A DNA stretch of 64,000 nt from an uncultured Candidatus Saccharibacteria bacterium (lineage in GTDB: Bacteria > Patescibacteriota > Doudnabacteria > UBA920): the NCBI GenBank assembly GCA_964594755.1, contig CAZQMO010000005.1:1144-65143 (forward strand). The letters run 5' to 3'. Shown here piece after piece: positions 39,043-49,440 of this stretch (its first letter is position 1; every line of letters begins with the position of its first letter). The notes below the pieces were generated by a model. It had not been told where the DNA came from. It saw nothing but the letters and a program-made list of their open reading frames with translations, and made no database searches. The position numbers were made by a program, and so were the translations under genes.

Positions 39043-40451
39043 TAGTCGATGCGTGGGAATAAAGGTTCAGCCTTAGTAATTTTTTCTGCAGTTACTATAT
39101 CTAATATTTTTTGGGCGGTTTCAGGGATGAATGGTAGTAAGTGCTTCGCGGTAATTTCTAATATCAAGATTACTTCTTTGCTCACACTAGTGAACTTGTC
39201 CATATCTGTCTTTGGTAATTCCCACAATTTATTTTCATCAATAATCTTGTTTCCTTCAGCTACCCATTCCCAAATTTTGGCTAGCGCTTCATGGAATTTA
39301 TATTCTTCAATAAGCTTGTCTACATCTTGTTCATTAAGAGCAACTGCCGTTGGTTCAACTGAGACAGGAATAACACCATCCAAATTTTTCTCAATCAAAT
39401 TTGTAATTCGGCTAACTAAGTTGCCCAGTCCATTGGCAAGATCACCTTCGTAACGTGCGCGTAATTTTTCTTCGCTAATATCACCATGAGAATCAAAAGG
39501 TACTTCGCGAAGCAAGAAATAGCGAACCACATCAGCGCCATACTTTTCTACCCATTCATTTGGGTCAATGATATTACCTGTGCTCTTAGAAATTTTTTCG
39601 TGATTCAAAGTTAAAAAGCCATGAACTGCAACCTTCTTTGGAATCTCTAAACCAGCAGCTAATAATAGCGCTGGCCAAATAATACAATGGAACTTGGCAA
39701 TGTCTGGACCGATCACATGAACATCTGCCGGCCAATAATCCTTGCCGCCTGTGTAGTAATTAATCAAAGCATCAACCCAAACATAAATAGTTTGTTCTTT
39801 GTCCCAAGGAACTGCAATCCCCCACTTCACATTGGGACGAGTCGCTGCAATATCCTTAAAACCTTCCTCGAGCATTGCCAAAATTTCTTTACGGGAATGT
39901 TCTGGATAAATTTGTAGCTCGCCAGATTCAATTTTCTGTTTGATGGTGTCGGTAAAAGCAGAAACTTTAAAAAACCAGTTTTTTTCTTTGATCAACTCTG
40001 GTGCTTTCTTGTGTTCGGGGCATAATCCATCGACTAAATCTTTTTCTGTAATAAATGCCTCATGACCCACACAGTACAAACCTTCGTAATCAGCTTCGTA
40101 CAGATATCCATTATCTTTAATTTTCGTGACGAGCTCTTCAACAGTTTTAACATGATCTTCGTCGGTCGTGCGGATGAATCTATCGTAGTTCAAATTTAAA
40201 TTATCCCAAGCTAGTTTGAATCCTGCCGCTGCTTCGTCAGCAAATTGTTCAATCGGTAAACCAGAGTCCGCGGCAAATTTTTCGATCTTTGCACCATGCT
40301 CATCTGTACCAGTGAGAAATCTCACATCATCGCCCTGAGCGCGATGAAAACGCGCCAACACATCAGCGGCCACCTTCTCGTAAGAATGGCCAATATGCGG
40401 CTTACCATTGATGTAATCAATTGCAGTTGTGATGTAGTATTTTTGGTTCAT
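39042..40451 (-). CDS. metG: methionyl-tRNA synthetase
   Basis: 469 aa; PHIGHSYE (HIGH) and KISKSTGN (KMSKS). Confidence 0.93.
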   Translation of the reverse strand: MNQKYYITTAIDYINGKPHIGHSYEKVAADVLARFHRAQGDDVRFLTGTDEHGAKIEKFAADSGLPIEQFADEAAAGFKLAWDNLNLNYDRFIRTTDEDHVKTVEELVTKIKDNGYLYEADYEGLYCVGHEAFITEKDLVDGLCPEHKKAPELIKEKNWFFKVSAFTDTIKQKIESGELQIYPEHSRKEILAMLEEGFKDIAATRPNVKWGIAVPWDKEQTIYVWVDALINYYTGGKDYWPADVHVIGPDIAKFHCIIWPALLLAAGLEIPKKVAVHGFLTLNHEKISKSTGNIIDPNEWVEKYGADVVRYFLLREVPFDSHGDISEEKLRARYEGDLANGLGNLVSRITNLIEKNLDGVIPVSVEPTAVALNEQDVDKLIEEYKFHEALAKIWEWVAEGNKIIDENKLWELPKTDMDKFTSVSKEVILILEITAKHLLPFIPETAQKILDIVTAEKITKAEPLFPRID

Positions 40452-40518
40452 AAAATAGAAAAAGGCCTTAATTTAGGCCTTTATAGTATAGCTATTAATC
40501 ATTTAGCTCACAAGCTCA

Positions 40519-41535
40519 CTACTTAGCTGGTTCTGCTGGCTGAGTATGAAAAAATTCCTGAATTATTACAGTGATAGCGCCAGCCAATGGCACTGCCAAA
40601 AGTACCCCTAAAATCCCGGCCAACTTAAATCCGATCAATAAAGCTAATAACACTACTAAAGGCGAAGTACCAACAGTCTTCTCCATAATCTTTGGTACCA
40701 AAATATATCCTTCAGTTTTCTGTATCAGAATATATAACACGATTACACCAATCACTAATGGCGGGCTCTGAATTAACGCAAAGAATACAGCTGGTATGGC
40801 GGATACAAATGGTCCAATGTAAGGAACTACTTCAAGCAGCCCAGCGATCAATGCCAAAACCAAAGCATACTCAACACCAAGCAAGCTCAACCCAATATAG
40901 GTTAAAGCAAAAATAAAGACACTGAGAATAAATTGACCTACCACCCACATCCCCATCTTCTTTTGAATTTTGGCAATCAGTCGTACTGTTGTATCCTGAT
41001 ATTGCTTCGGGACCAAATCGCCAATAAATCTTTTCATACCTCTATCTGCAGCAACTATGTAGAATGAAATTACCAACACTGTTACTATTGCAACCAGACC
41101 ATTAAACAGACCTAGAGTTCGGTCAAACAAATTACTACCAAATCCACTATTAGAAAGGATGGCATCAACAATTGCAGATAAATTAGCTCCCCCAAACAAC
41201 AAAGTTAAATTTGGATAGCGAGCCTGCAACTCTACTGCTAAAGCTGGCAGGTTGGCAGCTAGCACTCGGGCCTGATCAGCAACCAAAGGTGCCATCAAAG
41301 CAACCACTAAACCAAATAACCCAAACACCAAAACGTACGCGGCCAATACACTTACAAAACGCGGAATCTTATACCGGGAAAAGTAATCAGCCATTGGCTC
41401 CATAGCTGAGGCCAGTACCAAAGCCAACAGAATCACAATCACAATATCGCGAATCACCCATAAAAAAGCCAAAGCCAATAAAATCACTACCACCCGTAAG
41501 ATCACTTTAGTTGAATTGTCTAATCGGTATTCCAT
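40519..41535 (-). CDS. AI-2E family transporter (PerM/UPF0118)
   Basis: 338 aa; LEVVPYIGP motif; 8 TM segments. Confidence 0.75.
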   Translation of the reverse strand: MEYRLDNSTKVILRVVVILLALAFLWVIRDIVIVILLALVLASAMEPMADYFSRYKIPRFVSVLAAYVLVFGLFGLVVALMAPLVADQARVLAANLPALAVELQARYPNLTLLFGGANLSAIVDAILSNSGFGSNLFDRTLGLFNGLVAIVTVLVISFYIVAADRGMKRFIGDLVPKQYQDTTVRLIAKIQKKMGMWVVGQFILSVFIFALTYIGLSLLGVEYALVLALIAGLLEVVPYIGPFVSAIPAVFFALIQSPPLVIGVIVLYILIQKTEGYILVPKIMEKTVGTSPLVVLLALLIGFKLAGILGVLLAVPLAGAITVIIQEFFHTQPAEPAK

Positions 41536-41568
41536 GGGCTAATTATACATTAAAAATTAAAAATCCGA

Positions 41569-41802
41569 CTACGCGGTCGGATTCTCGGAAGATTCTTCGG
41601 GATTATTTTCGAGCGCGGCTTTAGCCTCAGCCATCTGTGCATCAAGCTGCTTAATGCCTTCCAAACAGTAGACCCGAATTTGTTCGCGCAAAAAATCAGT
41701 CAGCCCTTCGTTCTGAATGTCGCGAATTAAAATATCTTTGATTGTGCGGTCCAAAGCGGATTGTTCAATCAAATGAATGATTTTCTCTAATTTTTCGTCC
41801 AT
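41569..41802 (-). CDS. hypothetical small acidic protein (77 aa)
   Basis: ORF in an otherwise empty intergenic slot; no motif. Confidence 0.4.
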   Translation of the reverse strand: MDEKLEKIIHLIEQSALDRTIKDILIRDIQNEGLTDFLREQIRVYCLEGIKQLDAQMAEAKAALENNPEESSENPTA

Positions 41803-41812
41803 ATGTATATGC

Positions 41813-41986
41813 TAGTTGCTTTCCGGAGCCTCAAAGCTGGGATCAACGTTTTTTCCTAATTCAATAAAATTATTGCGGTGATAACTCATCTCCGACATTT
41901 CCTTGATATCGATTAACTTGAGTTCTGGATAATTTTTGCTTACCTCAGCACCGAATCCTGGCGCTGCCTCACGTGTGAATCCCATA
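41813..41986 (-). CDS. hypothetical small protein (58 aa), not in the supplied ORF track because it is under 60 aa
   Basis: Hand translation gives MGFTREAAPGFGAEVSKNYPELKLIDIKEMSEMSYHRNNFIELGKNVDPSFEAPESN. It fills the gap between the 77-aa ORF and nfo. Confidence 0.3.
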
Positions 41987-42003
41987 TGACCTTTCTTTTA
42001 TTT

Positions 42004-42849
42004 CTAGACTTTTTTCCGCAAAGTCTTGAGTAATTTAATATCTGACTCAACTTTATCATGCTCGGTTTCTAGAATCAAGGGAATTGCCATTTTTCTTTTG
42101 GATAATTCTGCCAGGAATGCTGCGAACCCAGTTTTTCCTATCTCGCCGTCCCCAATATGCTCGTGGCGGTCACGATGGGAGCCCAATTCTACCTTAGAAT
42201 CATTGACATGGCTCATGGCAAAGTACTCAAGACCAATAGTTTTATCAAATTCTTTGAATAGTTTAGTAACTGAAGCCTTATCGCGGAGGTCATAACCGCT
42301 TCCAAAGGCATGTTGAGTGTCAAAGCAGATGCCGCCAAAGTGCTTATTCTTCTTGATTGGCTTCATTAGCTCGGCCAACTCTTCAAAAGTGTCCCCAATT
42401 ACACTACCAGCTCCAGCGGAGATTTCGATGAGCAGCTTGGTACTGCCTTTGTAGCCGTCCAGGACTTTTTTGAGACCGTCCTTTGCCTGCTTCATCCCTG
42501 CCACCTCTCCTAAGTCCTTAAAACTCCCTGGATGAAACATCACGTACTTCGCGCCCAATTGAGTGCCACGCTCTAAATCTGTGCGAACCAAATTAATTGA
42601 GCCATGGAAAGTGGATTTTTTGCTCGAACCAAAGTTGAGGATGTATGGAGCGTGAATAACAAAAGTACTAAACCCCGCAGCTTTCATCTCTGCAGAAAAT
42701 TGCTGCTCAATTTCTTTGGTGATTGTTGGCGCGGCCCCGCCTTGCGGACTGCGGCTAAAAATCTGGAAAGTTTCGCAGCCGAGCTCTTTAGCCCGACCTG
42801 GCGCGTTAAACAAACCGCCGGCAATAGAAACGTGGCAGCCAATCATCGG
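42004..42849 (-). CDS. nfo: endonuclease IV (AP endonuclease family 2)
   Basis: MIGCHVSIAGG... Nfo-like TIM barrel. The ORF-track N-terminal extension to 42897 overlaps repeat copy C and is probably not translated. Confidence 0.8.
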   Translation of the reverse strand, partial: PMIGCHVSIAGGLFNAPGRAKELGCETFQIFSRSPQGGAAPTITKEIEQQFSAEMKAAGFSTFVIHAPYILNFGSSKKSTFHGSINLVRTDLERGTQLGAKYVMFHPGSFKDLGEVAGMKQAKDGLKKVLDGYKGSTKLLIEISAGAGSVIGDTFEELAELMKPIKKNKHFGGICFDTQHAFGSGYDLRDKASVTKLFKEFDKTIGLEYFAMSHVNDSKVELGSHRDRHEHIGDGEIGKTGFAAFLAELSKRKMAIPLILETEHDKVESDIKLLKTLRKKV

Positions 42850-42853
42850 TACT

Positions 42854-42936
42854 CCTCCCCCTCGCGAGGGGGAGGCTGGGTGGGGGTTAGATTTCATAAA
42901 ACCCTCCCCTAACCCCTCCCTTAAAAGGGATAGGGA
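42854..42936. repeat. GC-rich nested-palindrome intergenic repeat, copy C
   Basis: cctccccctcg|cgagggggagg is a perfect 22-nt palindrome. gggggttag...ctaacccc and ccctccc...gggataggg follow. Same order of blocks as copy A. Confidence 0.7.
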
Positions 42937-42939
42937 AAA

Positions 42940-44226
42940 TTACTTCTTTGCCCATGCTCGGATAATTTTGTTAATTTTGGCTTCCATCGGTTTTTTATAA
43001 GGGCCGACCACGGCAAAGCTCAACTTTTCTGACACAAACAAGTCTTTGGCGATTTTTACAATCTCCGCCTTAGTCACGCTATCAATTTCCTTAAAAGCCT
43101 GAGCCGGAGTCTTTACTTCCTTCTTAAATGCTGTTTGCTCCAAAAACCAATCAAGCCGAGCCTGGTTGTCTTCCAAATATATAGTAGTGCGGCCTTTTAA
43201 GTACTCTTTGGCTTTGACTAACTCTTTATCCGAAATATCACCGGCCTTGATTTTATCCAATTCTTGCAAAGTGACCGCAACTGCCTCTTCTAACTTTGCC
43301 ACCTGGACTCCAGCAGAAATATCAAAGACACCGGTATCAATGTAGGCGCTTTGCCCGGCGCGAACATAATAGGCCAATCCCCGCTTCTCGCGAATCTCTG
43401 TAAACAACCGGCTGCTCATGCCGCCGCCCAACACCGAACTGAGTACCGCGGCAATCCGGCCGCGCTTATCATCGTAGCCAAAAGATTTAAAACCCAAGTC
43501 AAAGTGAGCTTGCTGAGTATCCTTAAACTTCACTGCTACGCGTGGTTCAGTTTGATGGTTTTTGGATTTATCCCAGCCGTTAAACTTTTTGGCTGGAATT
43601 TTTTCCCAATATTTTTTGATGAGAGAATTTAGTTTCTTGCGATCATATTTACCCGAAATGCCAACTATCATGTTGCCGGTTTGGTAGTGGCGTTCCAAAT
43701 AACTGCGAAACATAGCTTGAGTAAATTTAGTCACAGTTTCTGGAGTGCCGGCAATATCGCGGCCCAAAGCTTGCTTCGGCCACATCGTTTCCTCTAACAA
43801 ATTTGCTACCACCGAACGAGGACTGTCTTGATACATATTTATCTCTTCTACGATGACACCTTTCTCGCGCTCCAGCTCTGGCTTATCCAATAACGGCTGC
43901 TGAATCATGTCCGTAAGTATTTCAAAAATCATTTCCAAGCGGCTATGATGCGCTTTAATGAAATACTGGGTATGCTCTTTGCCAGTGTTGGCGTTCATCT
44001 CGCCACCGATTCCATCAACAAGTTCAGTAATCGCCATGGCGCTTGGGTATTTTTTGGTCCCTTTGAATAGAAAGTGCTCTAAGAAATGAGAGATGCCGTT
44101 TTCTTTTGCAGTTTCACTACGTGAACCAGTCTTCACAAAAAAATCCACCACTACGCTTTCGGCATCAGTGGAAGGAACTTCGATAATGGTTAACTTATTT
44201 TTTAAAACTCGTTTGTAGTATTTCAT
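42940..44226 (-). CDS. M16-family zinc peptidase (insulinase-like)
   Basis: 428 aa; HFLEHFLF (HxxEH). Confidence 0.85.
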   Translation of the reverse strand: MKYYKRVLKNKLTIIEVPSTDAESVVVDFFVKTGSRSETAKENGISHFLEHFLFKGTKKYPSAMAITELVDGIGGEMNANTGKEHTQYFIKAHHSRLEMIFEILTDMIQQPLLDKPELEREKGVIVEEINMYQDSPRSVVANLLEETMWPKQALGRDIAGTPETVTKFTQAMFRSYLERHYQTGNMIVGISGKYDRKKLNSLIKKYWEKIPAKKFNGWDKSKNHQTEPRVAVKFKDTQQAHFDLGFKSFGYDDKRGRIAAVLSSVLGGGMSSRLFTEIREKRGLAYYVRAGQSAYIDTGVFDISAGVQVAKLEEAVAVTLQELDKIKAGDISDKELVKAKEYLKGRTTIYLEDNQARLDWFLEQTAFKKEVKTPAQAFKEIDSVTKAEIVKIAKDLFVSEKLSFAVVGPYKKPMEAKINKIIRAWAKK

Positions 44227-45584
44227 TATTCTTCTAATTTACTTTTAATGCGCGCGACTAAATCATCAGCATTGATGCGCTCTTGCTGCATTGTATCTCG
44301 ATCACGAATAGTGACGGTGTTATCTTCTAAAGTGTCGAAGTCGACAGTGATGCCATAAGGCGTTCCGATTTCATCTTGACTGTAATAACGCTTTCCGACA
44401 TTACCACGGTCATCCCAAGCAACATTGAAATGCTTGCGTAGCTCATCATATATAGAGCGGGCCTTAGCGACCAATTCTGGCTTATTCTTAAGGAGTGGGA
44501 ACACAGCTGCTTTGTAAGGCGCTAACTTGGCTGGTAGAGATAACCACACGCGCTTATCATCACCTTCACCGTCTTCTTGGTAGTGAGAAAGCAATGTTAC
44601 CAAAAAAGTTCTATCAACTCCCCAAGTTGGTTCAATGACGTGAGGTAAATATTTTTCATTGGTTTGCGGATCCATATATTCCAAACTTTCACCGCTAGCG
44701 TCTTGATGATTCTTCAAATCGAAATCACCACGGTACGCTAAACCATACAATTCTTTGGTGCCAAATGGATATTCATATTCAAAGTCCAATGTACGTTTGG
44801 AATAATGAGCTCTGTCCTCAGCTGGAATTTCAACTTCATGAACCTTTTCCATATTTAGTCGCAAGTCATCACGCATCCACTTTATCATTTCTGCTTTCCA
44901 GGCTTCAAAATATTTATTCCAATCTTCATCAGTTTTTGGCTGAGGAATAAAATATTCAATTTCCATTTGTTCAAACTCACGCGTTCGGAAAATAAAATTG
45001 CCGGGGGTAATTTCATTACGAAAAGCTTTTCCAACCTGAGCAATACCAAAAGGAATTGGTTTGCGCGAAGTTGTGGCAATATTTTTGAACTGAACGAACA
45101 TCGCCTGCGCAGTTTCTGGACGGAAATAAGCAACGTTTGCATCATCTTCTGCAGGACCAAGAAAAGTTTTCAACATCAAGTTGAATTGCTTAGCTTCAGT
45201 AAATTCATGCTCCCCGCCTTTCGCGCATCTTAAATCTTCTGGTAAGTTGTCCGCGCGCATGCGTTCGTTACATTTTTTACATTCAACAAGTGGGTCAGTA
45301 AAAGTCGCTAAGTGCCCAGAAGCTTCCCAAACTTTGGGATTCATAACTAATGCCGCATCAATCCCGACCATGTCGTCACGCTGTTGTACAAAACGCTTCC
45401 ACCACAAATTTTTGATGTTGTTTTTGAGTTCAGTTCCGAGTGGACCGTAATCCCAAGAGTTAGCTAAGCCACCATAAATTTCGGAGCCAGGAAATACAAA
45501 ACCCCGACGTTTGGCCAGGGAAACAATTTTATCCATCTTGTCAGTCGAAGCTCTAGCGGAGGTTGATAAATCAGGCGTATTCAT
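44226..45584 (-). CDS. glyQS: glycyl-tRNA synthetase, dimeric (GlyQS) type
   Basis: 452 aa. KRRGFVFPGSEIYGGLANSWDYGPLGTELKNN... is near-identical in pattern to Thermus/Mycoplasma GlyRS. Confidence 0.92.
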   Translation of the reverse strand: MNTPDLSTSARASTDKMDKIVSLAKRRGFVFPGSEIYGGLANSWDYGPLGTELKNNIKNLWWKRFVQQRDDMVGIDAALVMNPKVWEASGHLATFTDPLVECKKCNERMRADNLPEDLRCAKGGEHEFTEAKQFNLMLKTFLGPAEDDANVAYFRPETAQAMFVQFKNIATTSRKPIPFGIAQVGKAFRNEITPGNFIFRTREFEQMEIEYFIPQPKTDEDWNKYFEAWKAEMIKWMRDDLRLNMEKVHEVEIPAEDRAHYSKRTLDFEYEYPFGTKELYGLAYRGDFDLKNHQDASGESLEYMDPQTNEKYLPHVIEPTWGVDRTFLVTLLSHYQEDGEGDDKRVWLSLPAKLAPYKAAVFPLLKNKPELVAKARSIYDELRKHFNVAWDDRGNVGKRYYSQDEIGTPYGITVDFDTLEDNTVTIRDRDTMQQERINADDLVARIKSKLEE

Positions 45585-45653
45585 GAAGAAATTATATCAA
45601 ATTAAATACAGAGCGGCAAAAGGAAAAGCTCTCACAAGGAGAGCTTTATTAAT

Positions 45654-45781
45654 CATCGCAGGCTTACCATTCCGGGAATAGTCTTTGCTTCAGGGAAAGG
45701 CATCGGGTTGGCTAGCATTACTGCGATGAAGGCCAGAACCACAATGACGAGAATTACCAGTTCTCTATCAATGAGCTTCAT
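45654..45781 (-). CDS. hypothetical 42-aa hydrophobic peptide with a very strong SD (AGGAGGTG)
   Basis: Hand translation gives MKLIDRELVILVIVVLAFIAVMLANPMPFPEAKTIPGMVSLR. A terminator hairpin at 45621-45650 follows. Confidence 0.35.
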
Positions 45782-45829
45782 GGTGGGCACCTCCTATTGC
45801 TGGGCTAACCCCTTGATGCTTTTATTATA

Positions 45830-46990
45830 TCACTTTTTAGTGAAATCTTTAAAATTTTTCACCATATCGTCAAAGTAATCAAATTCGATGGCTTTGCGAA
45901 TCTTCTCCATAAGATTTAGATAGAAGCGCAAATTATGCATTGTTGCCAATCTCACGCCAAGCATCTCTTCGCTAGCCAGCAAGTGGCGGACATAGGCACG
46001 GGTATGATTTAAACACGCATAACAATTACAAGTCGTGTCGATCGTAGTGAAGTCTTCTTTGTATTTTTCCAGTCGTACATCAATGGTTTCGTAGCCTTCA
46101 TTACCATTTTCATCTTTAGCGGATATATATAGACGGCCATGACGCGCTTCCCTGGTTGGAATGACACAGTCAAAAGTATCACAACCGCGCGCAACTCCTT
46201 GAACAATATCAAAAGGTGTTCCAACGCCAAGCAAATGCTTTGGTGCAGTTTCTGGCAGGTGCGGAATAGTGTATTCAATGGCCTTCATCATTTCTTCGTG
46301 CGGTTCACCAACTGCCACTCCCCCGATTGCAAAACCTTCGAAGCCAAAATTAACCATGGTCTCGGCGGACTTTTTGCGCAAGTCTTCAAAACTCGCACCT
46401 TGAACAATCCCCCACAATTTCTGGCCAGGATTAATCGGGTCACCATCTTCGACGATTCGCTTATGTTCACGCACAGCACGTTCGGCCCAGCGCTCGGTCA
46501 ATTCAATAGATTCCTTACTGCGCTCATACTCAAATGGATAACCAGGAAAGTCATCTAAAATCAAAGCAATATCGCTTCCTAAATTAGCTTGAATCTGAAT
46601 GGATTTCTCTGGTGAAAGAATTTCTTGCTTGCCGTCCAAATCAAACTGGAACAGCACACCTGCTTCCATCACTTTGCGCATCTTGGCCAATGAATAAACT
46701 TGAAAGCCACCACTATCAGTAAAGATTGGGCCTTTCCAGTTCATAAACTTATGTAAGCCACCAGCTTTGTAAACCAACACATCACTCGGGCGTTGCCATA
46801 GATGATAAGTATTGGCCAACAGCATGGTCGCGCCCCAAAACTTGAGCTCTTCGCTAGTAACTGTTTTCACGGTACCTTTGGTGCCAATTGGCAAAAACTG
46901 CGGCGTGGTGATATCACCATGCGCAGTATGAATAACTCCCAGACGAGCTTTGGAGTTAGGATCTTTTTTTGTAATATCAAAGTAAGCCAT
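45830..46990 (-). CDS. tgt: queuine tRNA-ribosyltransferase
   Basis: 386 aa; zinc site CNCYACLNHTRAYVRHL; Tgt TIM-barrel motifs. Confidence 0.92.
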   Translation of the reverse strand: MAYFDITKKDPNSKARLGVIHTAHGDITTPQFLPIGTKGTVKTVTSEELKFWGATMLLANTYHLWQRPSDVLVYKAGGLHKFMNWKGPIFTDSGGFQVYSLAKMRKVMEAGVLFQFDLDGKQEILSPEKSIQIQANLGSDIALILDDFPGYPFEYERSKESIELTERWAERAVREHKRIVEDGDPINPGQKLWGIVQGASFEDLRKKSAETMVNFGFEGFAIGGVAVGEPHEEMMKAIEYTIPHLPETAPKHLLGVGTPFDIVQGVARGCDTFDCVIPTREARHGRLYISAKDENGNEGYETIDVRLEKYKEDFTTIDTTCNCYACLNHTRAYVRHLLASEEMLGVRLATMHNLRFYLNLMEKIRKAIEFDYFDDMVKNFKDFTKK

Positions 46991-47028
46991 GAAGTTAACA
47001 AAGGGCCACAGTTGTGGCCCAGTAAAGT

Positions 47029-49323
47029 TTATCGATTAGCGCCATTAGGACGTGGTGGTCGGGAACGATGCCCGTCTCGTGCGCCTCCTCGGCCGTGATC
47101 TCCGCCCCGACCATTTGGTTTCCAATCGAAACCACGACGACCGCGATCAAAAGCTTGCGACTGTGCCAATTGTTCAGGTGTTGGTTCTGGAGCGTAAGGT
47201 TTGTGAGTTAGGTTGATGCGACCTTGGTCGTCAATTTCTTGAACTTTCACTTTAAGTGTATCGCCTAACTTCACGACGTCTTCTACTTTATTAACATGAT
47301 AGTTAGCAAGCTGAGAAACATGCACCATACCATCACGGCCAGGTAAAATTTCTACGAACGCGCCGAAGTCCATGATGCGAACAACTTTTCCCTCAAACTC
47401 TTCACCTACAGTAATTTCACGAGTTAAATCTTTAATCATCTTTACCGCTTTTTCACTCATCTCAGCATCAGTAGATGTAACCATAACCAAACCATCGTCT
47501 TCTATATCAATCTTTACACCAGGACATTCTGCAATAATGCCGTTAATAGTTTTTCCACCACTGCCGATAACGTCTCGAATTTGATCCGGCTTGATCATAA
47601 AGCTGGTAATGCGAGGTGCATAAGGAGAAAGTTCAGGTCGCGGCGCTGACAAAGCTTCTTTCATTTTAGAAAGAATATGCATACGCGCTGGCTTGGCTTC
47701 TTCTAGAGCCTGTGCCAAAATTGCTGCTGTCAAACCCTTTACTTTGATATCTAACTGCAGTGCAGAAACGCCTTGTTCATTTCCGGTTACTTTAAAGTCC
47801 ATATGACCATTAAAGTCTTCAATACCGGCAATATCGGTTAAGACTTTGAATTTCTCTGGATTGCTCTCATCCATTACCAAACCCATGGCTACACCACCGA
47901 TAATAGTAGAGATTGGCACACCGGCATCCATCAAGGACAAAGTTGAACCACAGGTAGATGCCATAGAAGTAGAACCATTAGAAGACATTGTCTCGGAAAC
48001 AAGGCGCATAGTGTAAGGGAAGTCTTCTTGTTTTGGTAAAGCAATCTCTACTGCACGTTCAGCGAGTGCGCCATGACCAACTTCGCGACGGCCTGGACCA
48101 CGCATTGGCGAAACTTCACCAACGCTATAGCCAGGAAAATTGTAATGGTGAATGTAGCGCTTGGCCCGGCCTTCAGTTGGATCATCCATACCATCTAATA
48201 ACTGCTCATCGCCTTTACTGCCGAGCGTAACCACGGTGAGAATTTGGGTTTCACCACGAGTAAACAACGCACTACCATGAGCGCGCGGCAAAACGCCTAC
48301 CTCAGCGGTAATCAAACGTGTCTCGTTTAATTTACGACCATCAACACGGCGTTCATTTTCTAAAATTTGCTTTTGCTGATACTTTTTGAGCAGTTTATCA
48401 ACACTACCTGCTACTTCTTTGGCGATGTTAATATCTGTACGTTCGCCAAGTTCCGCCTTAACTTGCTCAGTAATTTCTGCTGTGAGATTCTGAATGTTGA
48501 TATCGCGCTCTGCTTTTACAGGCACATAAACAGCAGCTTCAATCTTATCGTCTGTCAGCAACGCGACTACTTTGTCCATTACCTCAGCAGAATATTCTTT
48601 GATAATCGGAGTTGCTTTAGCTTTTCCAACTTGTTTCTGGAATTCAGTTTGTACATCAGTAAGTTCTTTTAAATGCGCCTGCGCAAATTCAATCCCGCCA
48701 ACTATATCAGATTCCGATACTAGATTAGCACCTGCTTCCACCATAATTATATGCACGGAGGTACCGCACACAATTAGATCCAAATCGGATTGCTCACGCT
48801 GGGCATTAGTTGGATTAACCACGTACTGGCCGTCTACTTTTCCGACGCGGACACCAGCTACCGGCCCATCAAAAGGAATGTCAGAAATATGCAGCGCCAT
48901 CGCCGCAGCATTCACAGCCACCATGTCCGGGTCGTTTTCACCATCCACAGACAAAACAGTCGCCACAACTTGTACATCGTTGCGCATATTCTCAACAAAC
49001 ATTGGCCGCAGAGTGCGATCAATAATGCGACCAGTCAAAATCGCATCATCAGTGGCACGACCTTCGCGCTTAACCCAGCGACTGCCTTTAATTTTGCCTG
49101 CAGCGTATAAACGCTCTTCATAGTCCACGAGCAACGGGAAAAAGTCCATACCCTCGCGAGCTTGCTTACTCATAACTGCAGTAGCTAACACTACTGTATC
49201 GCCGAGGCGCGCTAACACCGCGCCATTGGCCTGACCGGCTAACTTGCCAGTTTCAAACTTCCACTCTTTGCCACCTACTTGGGTGGTAATGGTTTGTGAG
49301 GTCATAAATGTCCTTGGCGCCAA
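47029..49323 (-). CDS. pnp: polynucleotide phosphorylase; the true start is probably MTSQT at 49305
   Basis: 764 aa; two RNase PH domains, KH and S1 domains; an RGG-rich C-terminal tail. Confidence 0.95.
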   Translation of the reverse strand: MAPRTFMTSQTITTQVGGKEWKFETGKLAGQANGAVLARLGDTVVLATAVMSKQAREGMDFFPLLVDYEERLYAAGKIKGSRWVKREGRATDDAILTGRIIDRTLRPMFVENMRNDVQVVATVLSVDGENDPDMVAVNAAAMALHISDIPFDGPVAGVRVGKVDGQYVVNPTNAQREQSDLDLIVCGTSVHIIMVEAGANLVSESDIVGGIEFAQAHLKELTDVQTEFQKQVGKAKATPIIKEYSAEVMDKVVALLTDDKIEAAVYVPVKAERDINIQNLTAEITEQVKAELGERTDINIAKEVAGSVDKLLKKYQQKQILENERRVDGRKLNETRLITAEVGVLPRAHGSALFTRGETQILTVVTLGSKGDEQLLDGMDDPTEGRAKRYIHHYNFPGYSVGEVSPMRGPGRREVGHGALAERAVEIALPKQEDFPYTMRLVSETMSSNGSTSMASTCGSTLSLMDAGVPISTIIGGVAMGLVMDESNPEKFKVLTDIAGIEDFNGHMDFKVTGNEQGVSALQLDIKVKGLTAAILAQALEEAKPARMHILSKMKEALSAPRPELSPYAPRITSFMIKPDQIRDVIGSGGKTINGIIAECPGVKIDIEDDGLVMVTSTDAEMSEKAVKMIKDLTREITVGEEFEGKVVRIMDFGAFVEILPGRDGMVHVSQLANYHVNKVEDVVKLGDTLKVKVQEIDDQGRINLTHKPYAPEPTPEQLAQSQAFDRGRRGFDWKPNGRGGDHGRGGARDGHRSRPPRPNGANR

Positions 49324-49440
49324 TCCTTATCCGAGCGGGAAGATTTCCAAAGTGCTGAGCCTTCGCCAGCTGGCGAATTCGGCGCAATACCTTGGGAACC
49401 TCCTACTCTACTCGGTCTATATTATAGATTGGCGCATTAA

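Noticed and set aside
41955-41980. cacgtg-centred partial palindrome (ctcacgtgtgaat) as a parS site for the orphan ParB
   Set aside because: It has only a weak half-site resemblance to TGTTTCACGTGAAACA and is not a 16-bp palindrome.
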